A DNA stretch of 64,000 bases from Chrysomallon squamiferum (lineage: Eukaryota > Animalia > Mollusca). The DNA lies in the NCBI GenBank assembly GCA_012295275.1, contig CM022665.1:7874001-7938000 (forward strand). The letters run 5' to 3'. The position numbers were made by a program, and so were the translations under genes. The notes under the pieces are model-generated. The model saw only the letters and a list, made by a program, of their open reading frames with translations, was not told where the DNA came from and did no database searches. Shown here in pieces: positions 1 to 11,989 of the stretch (positions within the stretch are counted from its first letter, which is position 1; each line of letters opens with the position of its first letter).

Positions 1-148
1 TTTTTGGGGGGGGTTTCGGGTTCTTTTTGTTCTTGTTGTTGTTTTGTTTGTTGTTTTTTTTGTTTGTTTTTTAAAATCAGTGGTGAAAAGATCAGATATC
101 TGTAATTTAAATTTAATTAAAAAATTTCATGTATGTTGAATAATGGAA

Positions 149-228
149 TATTATTATTATTATAATTATTATTATCATTGTTATTATTATTATTATGATT
201 ATTATTATTATTATTATTATCATTATCA

Positions 229-259
<31 letters not shown>

Positions 260-285
260 GATTATTATTATTATTATTATTATTA
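149..285. repeat. (ATT)n/(ATC) microsatellite directly upstream of a splice acceptor
   Basis: Trinucleotide run visible directly; it explains the poly-Asn ORF 117..365(-). Confidence 0.95.
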
Positions 286-288
286 CAG

Positions 289-431
289 TGTGATTTTAAT
301 GGAGGAATAAAAATGCTGACACAAGCAGTTGCAATCTTAGAACAGTTTCCTCCTTCAGAATTCATGTCTTCTATTCTGTTAAGTTTGGGTTGGACATATC
401 ATCTTCAGGGTCGGCTGCAAGATGCTATCAA
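289..431 (+). CDS. Internal exon of a TPR-repeat protein gene (gene starts upstream of the window)
   Basis: tacag| acceptor and |gtaggc donor; reads CDFNGGIKMLTQAVAILEQFPPSEFMSSILLSLGWTYHLQGRLQDAIK, a TPR-like LG..Y..QG....A pattern; the phase-2 end matches the next exon. Confidence 0.85.
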
Positions 432-748
432 GTAGGCACAAACTGTTACCCTGATTACCTAAACTAATACAGGAAGCTGTTTTCTACATTTGTTTTTATT
501 CCTTTGGATATTATATATAAAAGTGGCATGGTGAAAATTTATAAGACAATTGAATCTACATGCCAGTATAAACATCAGCATTATCTATGTGTATGAGGAT
601 GTATGTGTTGCTGTATGTTTTGTGTATATGTGTATGTGTGAATATCTGTGGGTACATATTGATACATTAAAGAGGAATTACTTAATCAGATCTGTAAGGT
701 ACATGTTCATTTGCAGATTGAAATTATTTCTTTCTGTTTTAATTTTAG

Positions 749-852
749 GCAGTTTGAGAGAGGTTTGTCAGTTTTAAAGGAGACTGGCTGTGAGAACAGC
801 ATCTTCCTTTATCGACATATCAACTGTATTGGATTGTCTAATATTTTGGAAG
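749..852 (+). CDS. Internal exon of the TPR-repeat protein gene
   Basis: ttttag| acceptor and |gtaagt donor; reads (K)QFERGLSVLKETGCENSIFLYRHINCIGLSNILE(G); phases are compatible with both neighbours. Confidence 0.85.
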
Positions 853-1154
853 GTAAGTTATTGAAATGCTGTGGATATTCTGTTATTAAAAAACATGTTA
901 ATGACAAGAGTAAATTGAAACATGATATATGTATGTATTTATTTATTTATTTGAAACTGTTGGAAACTGCAGATTGTAAAGCTGAAGTGCAACAGATTAG
1001 AAGGTCAATCCACTTCAGCTCTTCTGCTATGCGATTTCCAAAATAATTAAAATATTGTTTTTGAAGAGATGAAATACTATAAAAAACATTTGTATTGTTA
1101 ACGTTTCTGGCTAGTATGTCCATTACACATACACATATATTTTTTATATTTAAA

Positions 1155-1830
1155 ATGAAAATATTAATGTTGTGTTTATAATAAAAACACAACCTTAGTT
1201 TTTACAATTAGAATATGAGTTTAATATTTATAATGAAAATATGAATTTATTAATGAATATATCACTAAGGTTTTAATAATTAAATGTCAGTTTTATGTTT
1301 GTAAAGAAAATATCAGTATTTATCATGAAAATATGAGTCTAGTATGGTAGAAAAATAAACAGAGAAACTGACACTTTTTTGTGGGGGGGGCTCAAAAAGC
1401 TGTATCTACTGATGAAGAACTCTATACCTGAAAACCCACACTATTTTTGAGTAAATCATGTAATTTGTGTAAATATAAACTTCTATTTAGTTTAATTTAT
1501 ACATCTTTCATATTCTGTTGGATATTTTGCTTGCAAATAAACTCTGCAGACAGTTTATGATGTGTCCCTGAGTATTTCATGTAGCAGTAGTTGACTTGCA
1601 TAGCTAATAATTTCATTACCTATACATTGGTTGTACATTTAAATGTTCCAGTCTTGTTTGTGAGAACCAGAGCTTGTTACTTATTTTTGTTCAGCACGTC
1701 TATATAATGAAAATATTGATGTAGTATTTATAATAAAAATAAAAATTTATTGTTTACAACTAGAATAGGAGTTCAGTATTTATAATAAAAATATGAATTT
1801 ATTATTAATAATGAAAATATCAGTTCAGCA
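1155..1830. repeat. Two related blocks (about 1155-1345 and 1705-1830) of an AT-rich ~25-bp degenerate minisatellite
   Basis: Recurring atgaaaatatgagtttagtatttata-like unit; about 95 bp align between the two blocks. Confidence 0.7.
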
Positions 1831-2777
1831 TGTCTAAATCCACAGGTTCTGTTTACAATGGACAAAATATTTGAGAGTTTTGGGTAACAGATGCAAAACC
1901 GGTGACCTGTCTAGACTGAATATCTTTGTGTTTATAATTACTAGTGATTACCAGGTAGTGAATTAAGATATTTTTGTGGAGGTGAAACTATGGTGCTTTC
2001 TCTTACTAATAAAGATGTCTTTCTGAGGATAATTGATGTCCATTGCCAGTAACATATTTATGAAAACATGGTGCTGATCAATTTAAGAATAACAATAAAG
2101 TCTACTAATGAAAATGCTGTATGTAACATTAGTGTTGAATTGGCTGTGGAAATGTTTCTGGTCTTATTTTGGTCATTACTGCTTTATTGAAGGTTTGGAT
2201 TGTTCTTGATGTAAATTGTTTTATTTTTATTTTTATAAGGAATTAATTCTCGAGTCATAGAGATATCCAGATTTAGATATGTAATACTGAATACTAAAAA
2301 CAAGGAAAGAAAATTATAAAAAGATGAATTTATTTATTTTCTGAATTAAATATTCTATTTTGGGAAAAGATATTTAATTTCTCATGATTAAAACTTTATT
2401 TATACAAAACATGATATCTTCAAAATGGTGTTAATGTATTTTCTATTACATGACAGAATATAAAACAGCTTGTAAATTCTAATACACAATCTTTCTTGTA
2501 TTAATTTAATATTAATTGTTTATATAAATGGTATTGATTATAAAAAATTTTAGCATAAAGAATACATAATTAATACATATATTCATGTGTTATCTGTTTA
2601 CTAATACTTTGGAATCTATTTTTAATTAACAATAATCAATTAACCTTCATTTACTGAGAGAAGCTAATCTATACAGCTGAATACCATTTAAACCTGTGCA
2701 TTCTGCATTATTAACATTAAATTTTAACTGCAAGATTTATTTCTGCCATGTATTGTTTCTGTTTTGCTTAATTTTAG

Positions 2778-3546
2778 GAAATCTTACAGTAGCTGAGAAC
2801 TACATGTTTCATGCTTTGAGAGTTTTATTAAAAAAATTGTTGGTTCTGTTTATAACAACATAGGCTTGCTGATGAAAAGGAAAGAAGATCACCTTAATGC
2901 TAAAAAGTATTTTGAACTTGGATTGGAAATAAAACTAAAGAACAAAGCACCATTAAAGGCAGTCATTGCTTCACAGAAAAATGTAGCTGTAACTTACATT
3001 GAGCTGGGGAGACTACAGGAAGCAAAAATTCTGTTAGATGCAGCTTTGGCATCACTGGAATTTGCACCAGATTTATTCAGTTATGAAAGAGTTATTATTC
3101 TTGAAACCATGCATCAGCTGTATTTGAAGCAAGGAAAAGTTGAAGATGCAATTAGTACATTAGAGATGGCTGTTAGCATCAGAGAGAATTACAACAAAGG
3201 AAGTGTAACTCATAGAGGAAGTTTAGTTAACCTGTGATGTGATGGTAAATTATCAGGAGCAGAAAGTGAAGCTTTGAAAAACTTTGAAGAAGCAGCTTCG
3301 TTTGAATCCAAAAGTCAAGGACCTAAAAGTGAAGGATATATAATGTACACATGTTACAAAGAGATGATAGAACCTCTTACAAAACAAGGAGATGTCAAGA
3401 AAGTGAAGGAAGCTTACATAGCAGCATCTGCTCACCTCACAAATTTGATTCAGTTTTGCCATGCAAATAATCTGTCAGATGAAAAATACAGCAAATGGCT
3501 TGTTGAACTGACAAAAAGTGAAGAAAAAGAACTCTTTGCTGAATAA
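2778..3546 (+). pseudogene. Terminal exon of the TPR-repeat gene, disrupted by a frameshift (A7 run 2830-2836) and an in-frame TGA (3235-3237)
   Basis: ttttag| acceptor. The spliced frame reads GNLTVAENYMFHALRVLLKK and stops at 2861-2863. The -1 frame gives IVGSVYNNIGLLMKRKEDHLNAKKYFELGLEIK... (TPR consensus), runs to the TGA and continues in the same frame to TAA 3544-3546. AATAAA at 3668-3673. Confidence 0.75.
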
Positions 3547-4199
3547 ATATAATGTCTAAAAACAAGATAAAACCAACTTCAAGGTCATGTGAAACCAAGG
3601 AATGTCAGAAACCATTTTATCAATATCACATTATGTCTTATTTCTGAGTTGCTTGTGTTTTTTGTGTAATAAACACAAATCAAGAACACTTGAATCTTAT
3701 TGATGCAGAATAGTTGTACTGTCTGCATTTTTGCAGATGTTCTTTAATAGAAAGGTTTTTAATGGTCCTTTACTATAGTTTGTTACTGAATTATTATAAA
3801 ACATAATGTCCATATGAAGTTTAACACTTGATGTGTAAAATTTAAAAAGTGAATTTTTGAGTATTTGTGTAAACAGTTTTATTTCACTTAGCAATATGAT
3901 AGTATCAAGGCAATTACCCCCCAGGATATTTCCCCCCTTTATTATATCTTTTATTATGAAAACGTAAATGAAACAATGAAATGCAAATTATGTTGAATGA
4001 GTTTACTTTTATGTATATTTGTATGCATTTATATACAGTAATATAAATTTGCTAGATTTCATAATAGATTTATATTAGGAGATTATGTGCCACACCAGGA
4101 AGGAAATTTTTGAATATTTCAATACACATTTTTCTTATTACTTAGTAATATGACGTACACAGTATTGAATAAAGTGATCAGGTCCAGATTTAGACATAG

Positions 4200-4322
4200 T
4201 GAGAATAGGGCTGTCTGATTGTCTGAGAACAGAACTGTACTAAAAGTGATTGTCAGAGCATAGAGCAGTAAAACAAGTGATTGTCTATGAATAGAGCAGT
4301 ACTGTAAGTGATTTTCAGAGAA
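4200..4322. repeat. ~31-bp tandem minisatellite, about 4 degenerate copies
   Basis: Unit gtgattgtcagagcatagagcagtaaaacaa repeated with substitutions. Confidence 0.85.
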
Positions 4323-6002
4323 TTCAAAAATGAACTTTATATAATAATTACATAATTAATTACATAATTAACACTGATTATAATTATATAATTATAAACT
4401 GAAGAATATAACATATTATTATGATACACTGAACTGTATTTATTTATAGAACAGTATATTAGATGTAAACATCCAGTAAATTAGTACACTGTATTTTATC
4501 ATATATACCATTAAGTCAAGTATATTAGTACTTTATATATTTCTATTCACTAGACTGATATATTATATGTCATGATATAACACCATCTAATAATTTTGTG
4601 TTTTTGTGATCTGACTGATGACTAATGCAATATACAGGTAAGATAAAGAACATCCACTGTTATGATGTAAGTTGTCATTTTTTAAGACACATATTCTTCA
4701 GTTTTATAATTTCTATTATATTATGTGTGTGTGTTAATATAATTTTCTTTTAATTTTTTTTTTTATCTGTGCCCAGAAAGTACCCTGTCCCATAAGAACT
4801 GTGTTTTCTGTGGGGTTTTTTTAAATCTTTTGATTTTGCATTAGTTTAATTATGGTATCTTTTTTCTAGTTTTTTTGTTTGTTTGTTGTTTGTTGTTGTT
4901 GTTTTGTTTTTTTTGGAGTGGGGGGTGTTTTTGCTTTTTTATATTTTATACAGATGTTTTTGATACTTTGATATTAATAATAATTTATTAAAAAAAATTT
5001 AATCAGAGTGTGGACATTGCTAAAATATACATTAAAGTTTGCTGTAGATATTGTTGAAATATGCCATAAAGATTATTTTTTTCCGTTGCCGTTTGTTGTT
5101 GTGATTGTTGTTACCTCAGTGTTAAGAACTGAGCAGTTGCATTCCTTTTTTTCTTCTGTTTTTTTCTTCCTTTTTAAATAAAGCTCTTGGAAGTTTATAT
5201 GAAATATATTAAGCCTCCATTTTATCCGTCTAATTATACTTACGGATAAGTGATTTCTATTCTGCATCTGTTAACTCATTTCACCCTAATGTGTCTAGAG
5301 AAAGAAGTCACTGCGCCCCATTTTTGTAACCTAGCGATCCTTTGTGTGCGTGTGTGTGTGTGTGTGAATTCGGTCCAAAGAACGAACTATGATATAACAA
5401 ATCCTGTGAGCCATTTCACAACAACAACAAAAAAACCGTGTAGATCTGCCTTTGTAAGATTATCGTTGTTGTAGAATGAATTTGATTTTTTCCAAAATTT
5501 TCTTCATATTTTGCTTTTATTAAACGACTGCAGTCCATTGAATCCTATGATCCCTAATCTGAAATTACAGCAGAAAAAGAGTAGTTAAAAAAAAAAAAAA
5601 AATGTGCAAAACATCGTAAAACCGAAAAGCTCAATAAAATCCATAAATTTTGTTCCTATAAATCTGCAGTGTGGACAGTGCAATATTAATAAATTAAAAA
5701 AATGGAAGCTCGAGCAATAGCTTGATAACCTGAGTTATAACAGTAACAAAATAATGAATGAGTGTTTAACGACATCTTTATTATTATCGATTATTGTGTA
5801 TCAAAATATTCCGGCTTTTGTTTAATAGATAGATACTGAAAGAGTTAAAATCTGGTACCCATAATCTAGTTTCTATATCTCTACTATTTATCAATCTTGT
5901 AAGTTCCAGTCGTTACAGGGCCAAATCATTCACAGGAACCAGTCTTCCCTACAAACAATTAATTTCATGATCATAATACGAAATTCAAGTAAACTCATAC
6001 CA

Positions 6003-6286
6003 ATGCTTATCAGCAAAAATTACTTTTTCATTCCAGTACGTGGTCTGATATATAACTGGTAAATGGCATTATGTAACAGTTTCTTTAAACGTAAGTGCAT
6101 TTAAACTTATATCATTTCTTTTTAATATTTATTTATTTTATTTTATTTTATTTATTTATTTTTTTTTTTTTTGTTGCTGATGTTTTGGGTTTTTTTAAAG
6201 AACACTTTTACATGTGCACTGGATATACACTATATATATCTGTAATATATACACTACTTGTGCTCGCCCCTGTGTGTGTGTATGTG

Positions 6287-6326
<40 letters not shown>

Positions 6327-7400
6327 GGCGCCAGCATCATTAGTGTGTTTGGGGGGGTATCTATGCTATTAACCACTAAAATCAGTTTCATCAGTATCAT
6401 TTCCGAAAAGAAAGTGAAGAATATAACAAATTAAATGGTATGTGACTGTTTAAAAATTGACTGCTTCTGGACACACCCTTTATATAAATCGTACAACTGG
6501 GGTCAAACGTGTTTGTATTGGTTTAACCAGTTTCGCTGTTATTTATCAGAGCATGACATGACTCTTCCAAAATAATTATAACTAAATTTTATATACCAGT
6601 GCCTTTTTCCTATCTTATTTATCAACTGTCTGCAATGTTCATTTTATTTTTAGATGACTGGGAGTGTAATGTTAGATTTACGTAACTCTGGTTTAGACTT
6701 GAATACAATGGGAACAGCCTGGTTATCATTGAAATGGGGACAGTACATAGAAGTTTAGTCAGCCACTCAAGTTAGCCGATACAATCCACTTCCTTGTCGG
6801 ATATTCGAAGTGGGTTCCAACCAACGGTCAACGTACATTATAGTGACAGAGTCCACGATGTTGCAAATTGTGAATATCACTGTGAATTGAACTGATTAAC
6901 GATGACACAATTTGTTTCTGTTGATACTTCCAGTGTGAAAAATGTTGGTTTAACTGACGGGTTAGCATACACATGAACACAACAACAAAAAAAAAGGATT
7001 TATATGTACCCGAGGTTAACTAACACTGATTCATTTATTTTATTTTATTTTAATCAACGAGGTCTCATCTTTGATAGGGAAGAATAATCATCAGGTAAGT
7101 GGACAGTTTGTATTATATATTATTATTTTCTTTTTAACAATTAATTATAGGCCAACCCCTCGATCAGAATGACCTGGCAATGGTGCCTAGATATCTAATA
7201 TCTTTTAAGAATTATAGATTATATCCTATCAAAGTTTATGGGTATGTATTTTATTTAATAATATTAGAGATTACACCCTATGGGTTCATTTATGTGATAT
7301 TTTTACTTTGTATGTACAAAGAGTACTGCGCCCAGCCAAGCCTTTCTGAAATTAGCATAAAATCACACAGGGTATCGGTATGTTTAAAAGGGAAATAAAA
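6003..7400 (+). pseudogene. Decayed ectodomain exons (C-type-lectin/WSC-like remnants) of the downstream membrane protein gene
   Basis: GC-richer blocks with splice signals (donors at 6091 and 7095, acceptors before 6654 and 7151). Fragments YNW*MALC, TAWLSLKW, YSKWVPTNG, ANCEYHC, TICFC, RMTWQWC, SLWV, YTLWVH, LCMY and VSVC are spread over different frames with stops. Domain identity is pattern-based inference. Confidence 0.45.
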
Positions 7401-7918
7401 TGTCCGTCTGAGTAAACTTTTGACGCTTGGTTAAAAAAACGCTAGTATGAACTACCTTTGACCCATTTAGAGCAGGGTATTCATTTAAGGGTAAACTAAA
7501 TTAATAGTGCAGCTGTTGGTAAAAAGGCAACAAAAAACCACAAAAAAAAAGAAAAAAAAAGTCCTATTGTTTATTATTGTGAATTTGACAGAAGGAAGAC
7601 ATTTTCCGTTGCAGTGTTTTAAAAAGGTTTTGAAAGCTTTGCTGTTTTAGTCATCAAATTCCTTCATCTGTGAATCACTGTAAAATTATGTCTATTCTTA
7701 TTATTTCATTTTTAGACCAAACTATCATTTATCTTGGAAAACATTATCAAATACTCTTCTAATTTTATGCCATATTAACAAAGCATAGTTTATCGGGGCT
7801 TGGATAAATAAATAAATACATACATATATGCATGCATGCATAAACAAACACATACACCTTATATGTAAAGTTTATATAAATACGTATACATCAAATCTTT
7901 GTATTTGTTCTCTAAAAG

Positions 7919-8061
7919 AATGAATTATTCTGAGAGCACTACGACCAGCAGCAGTATCACTACTACTCCCACTAGTTCTAGCACGACAGATTCCAGTACT
8001 ACACTGATCACTACACATGACCGAGAAACGACAACGGGAAGTGTGAAACATAGCAATAATG
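7919..8061 (+). CDS. Ser/Thr-rich mucin-like stalk exon of a single-pass membrane protein
   Basis: aaag| acceptor, ATG 7920, |gtaagt donor; reads MNYSESTTTSSSITTTPTSSSTTDSSTTLITTHDRETTTGSVKHSNN; phase 1 matches the TM exon. Confidence 0.8.
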
Positions 8062-8146
8062 GTAAGTATAGCTTAAAAACAATTTTAACAAGATTAAAAA
8101 TAATAAAAATAATCTGATGTGGGGGTTTTGTGTTATTTTTATTGTT

Positions 8147-8178
<32 letters not shown>

Positions 8179-8386
8179 TATTTACTTTCATCATTTTCAT
8201 TTTTTTTATTTTTTTTATTGTTGTTGTACATACTACACCTGAAACAGGAAATCATATTAATGTTTTTCAGCTTTTGATTGCATTTCATCATATAACGAAT
8301 GAATTTGCATATGCATGAGTGTCTATGTATGCATGCAGGAGCGGATTATGCTTCTGTAATGTAAATGTTTATATTTTGAAATTATA

Positions 8387-8486
<100 letters not shown>

Positions 8487-8800
8487 ATGAAAGGACAAAT
8501 ATTTTATTTATTATCGTTGTTGTTGTCCAGTTTGGATGTTCAAATTAAAGGTAGGTGCGGTTTCGTTATCTTGCTTGCATTCTGCGCTCAAGATACCAAG
8601 GGAAGCTATTTAGTCAAAGAAAAAAAAAATTGTTAATGAGAATGTATTCGAATTAACAGCCTCTCTAAGGAAAGGAAACAGTCATGTTTCAACTAATATT
8701 GGTGGCAGGCGGTTCTTTTTTTTTTTTTTTTTTTTCTCATGAATGTAAGGACGAGAGGGTACACACTTGTGGATATCTTCTTCTTTTTTTTTATCTCCTG

Positions 8801-8832
<32 letters not shown>

Positions 8833-8922
8833 GTGTGTCTTTACTCTAGATATTCTTACTAAAACGAAATATGATTTAAACATTATTCTGATTAAATGTG
8901 GTTACTTCCACTATATTCACAG

Positions 8923-9004
8923 ACATTGTTATTCCACTGGCGGCTTCATTAAGTGCAGTAGGTGTCGTCATAATCATCATTGTAGTATTGATTATAATAT
9001 GCAG
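8923..9004 (+). CDS. Transmembrane-helix exon
   Basis: ttcacag| acceptor and |gtgagt donor; reads DIVIPLAASLSAVGVVIIIIVVLIIIC(R), a hydrophobic helix ending in Cys before a basic stop-transfer stretch; missed by the ORF track. Confidence 0.9.
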
Positions 9005-9017
9005 GTGAGTTTATTAC

Positions 9018-9155
9018 AGTTATTATTATTATTATTAATAATAGTTGTAGTAGTTGTAGTAGTTGTAGTAGTAGTACAATAGTACTAGTAGTAGTTGTAG
9101 CAGTAGTAGTAGCAATGATAGCAGCAATTGTAATAGTAGTAGAAGTAGTAATAGA
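9018..9155. repeat. (TTA)/(GTA)/(GCA) compound microsatellite
   Basis: Degenerate trinucleotide run just after the TM exon donor. Confidence 0.85.
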
Positions 9156-10123
9156 ATAACTAGTAGGAACTACACTGGTTCAATTGCAGACTATAATGCT
9201 TAACTCTGTTGTTGGTTTAATGATATAAGTTTAAATTAACTCTTCAGAAGAAGTGATCTGTATGTATGTGTGACAAAACAACTTCATTTTGTTAACCCAA
9301 CATAGACCTTTTCCGGACGGTTGCCGTTTTCCTTAAATATAATTATCGGTTACCGTTATTCGGGCCGTGTCTTATTGGGACAAAAAAGGTTTCACAGCAA
9401 GGCTGATTACTGCGATTTATTTAGGTATATGGTTCTTTTTTTAGTTGTACTTAAGAACAATGTATTAGTGTGCATATTATGTTATACGATATACATCATA
9501 TCACAGATATTTATAGTTCTCATAGTAACTATGATTCTGTGGGAGATTTTCAGTATTTAATCTCGTATAAATAAATTGCTGACGACCAGCAGATGTGTCG
9601 TCATAGATACTTTTTACATGTTTTCCAGTATTTTGACACTGGGTTTGTTTGAATTTTTGTTAATAAGATGATACCCTGGTAGTAGTAAGCTTTCAATAGT
9701 TTCTTAATTACGTTCCTGTGATCCTATTAGGCTATCGATATTTACATTACAAGCCAAGTAAAAATTAAAATACTAACGGATAAAATAATCCGACTGTCTA
9801 GATCACTGACAGTATGATCATAATCATATATATATACCATATAACTGCAGATTATAAGACTGCTAAATAAAATATTACTTTCTTCTTTTTTTAACTAGTT
9901 TTAAAGGGAAAACTATATCGTTTAACGGTATGCTGCAATAAAGAACAAAATAATTTGCAGTTACTTTTCCTAGGCACAATAATATCTAATAAATTATTGT
10001 CCATATTTACGTCTATCCTGCACTAATAAAAACCTGTCAAGCTAATCATTAGCGTGGCGTCAGATGTTTTCTACAAATATCAATCTGAAAAGAGTGTTGA
10101 TTCAAACTTTTTTTGTTTTGCAG

Positions 10124-11120
10124 ACGCCGTTCGAAACGTCCACAACAAGAACCGCCAATCTTACCTCCACCGTACCCTCCTGTAAATGATATTAACGGCA
10201 ACATGAATCGGTCATTTGAAGAAATAAGTAATGAAAGCATTTCTAATGGACCTGTATTTGTTTCCGACGAGACACATTACCAGAATAGAAATCCATTTAT
10301 TAGATCTGATAGTGTGGAATCAACAACATCGGGATACGAGGAACCGACTAAGTGGAATGAGCAACCTGTTCCCGTAACGATAAATTCTGAAGATTGTCCC
10401 AAAAATTCTGACGACCATGATCTGTCTAATTTATATATTGATATGTCATCTACTGATCCATTTCCGGACAAACCTTTGCCTTTGCCTCACCAAGAGTTAG
10501 TTTACTCAGAGAGTGAGATTTTAAACCAAAAGACAGCATCACAGAATCCAGTTCCTTGCGCAGGACCCAGTAAAAAGCATGGATACGTAAATGTTCCAAA
10601 TAGCAGTCCAGCTGATAATTCATCTTTTGATTTTGCAAAGAGTGAAAACCAATTACCAGGATACGCCAACTTACAAAATGACGGAAAAGCTATTGCAGAT
10701 ATGAACAGAAACGCAACGTTGCCGAAATACGCAAATGTTAATCTTGTCATGTCAGGCTCAACACAAAATATCCCCAAGGACGATGAACGTAATAGACCCA
10801 AACCTTCCCCAGAGCCTAGACAGAGCAACCCAAAACGAAGACTAAAGGTTGTGCAACCAAAACAAACAGAAAATAGTGGACCATCTATTATTCATGTTAG
10901 TAAAAAAATGCCTCCTCAACCTTGTCCTTCCCCAAAACCTCAAATGTCGCCAAAACCAAATAACTTAAAACAGACTGATTCAACTGACAGTAATCATTCA
11001 GATCAAGAAAATGACGATACCAAAGACTATGTCAATGTTTCTAAATTACAGAACCAACGAACCTTTGGATGTAAAGAGGATTTTCCTAAAAAATTTCATA
11101 ATAAAAAAGATACAGGTTAG
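10124..11120 (+). CDS. Terminal exon: disordered cytoplasmic tail with many SH2-, SH3- and WW-binding motifs
   Basis: ttttgcag| acceptor, phase 2. The 997-nt open frame starts RRRSKR and contains PPPY, YQNR, YEEP, YIDM, YVNV (x2), YANL, YANV and PxxP tracts. AATAAA at 11551-11556. Confidence 0.9.
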
Positions 11121-11989
11121 TAGCATAGTATGTTCAACACTGACTAAATTCTACTTAGATTATCAAAAATAAGAAATTGTTTAATCCAGTGGGCTGTTGT
11201 TAGGGGCAGCATATTTTACTGTTGATCATGTGTTAAAAATGAAAAATGACTTCAGCTTATCAGAATTAATGAGAATTGTTCTTTCTTTTTCCATTTTTTT
11301 TTTTTTTTTTTTTTTTTTGTTATCTTTTGTTATTTTGTTTATTAAAATTCATTATCTTTCCTACCTTTCTAGATGTAGGCTAATTTACGTTACCTGTTCA
11401 CTTACTGAATAGTTCTTGCACAAACTGCAGCCTAATGTAATCAGTAGCTCCACCCACGTGCCTGAAGCTACAGAATTCGGATGCAGTGCCTGTGTATCGT
11501 AGAATAACTCGCCACTTGCATTCTTAGACAATTTAAGTCATAAAATTTCGAATAAAAAAGTCTACGTAGAGTTTCAGTAATAATAAATTCACGTTTATCG
11601 ATATTTTCCTCATTTGTTTATTATTTGGAGTTTAAAGAGCGTCGGATTTTCCATTTTTGCATTCACTGAATTAATGGGGTTTTTTGGGGGTTTTTTTTAT
11701 TATAATTATTATTATTATTATTATTTTTTTTTTTTTAAACATTTGATTTCACATAATTTATGATGAACTTTAGATGTAGGCATGTTTTTAAAGTATTTAG
11801 AGTCTTTGCATTTTAAGGTGGTTATAACGTCTCTTTAAAAAAAAAAAAAAAAAAATGAAATACGTCTAACGACTTTGAATAGTACTTTATTTGTTTATAT
11901 TAAATTCAGCATTCGAGTAAAATTTCTTTAATTCACAGAACATATTTTTATTATACTGCTGTTTTGTATAGTTATGTTTATGATCCTGA

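Noticed and set aside
117-365. Poly-Asn ORF, and similar poly-Ile, poly-Val, CV-, HT- and MYVC-repeat ORFs across the ORF track
   Set aside because: They are translations of microsatellites; the real exon here is on the opposite strand.
3235-3237. In-frame TGA read as selenocysteine
   Set aside because: No SECIS-like AUGA...AA...GA stem seen downstream, TPR scaffolds are not a known selenoprotein class, and the same exon also has a frameshift.
4200-4322. CRISPR-like appearance of the short repeats (also 41035-41250 and 48850-49620)
   Set aside because: Units are contiguous degenerate tandem copies without unique spacers, there are no cas genes, and the context is eukaryotic.
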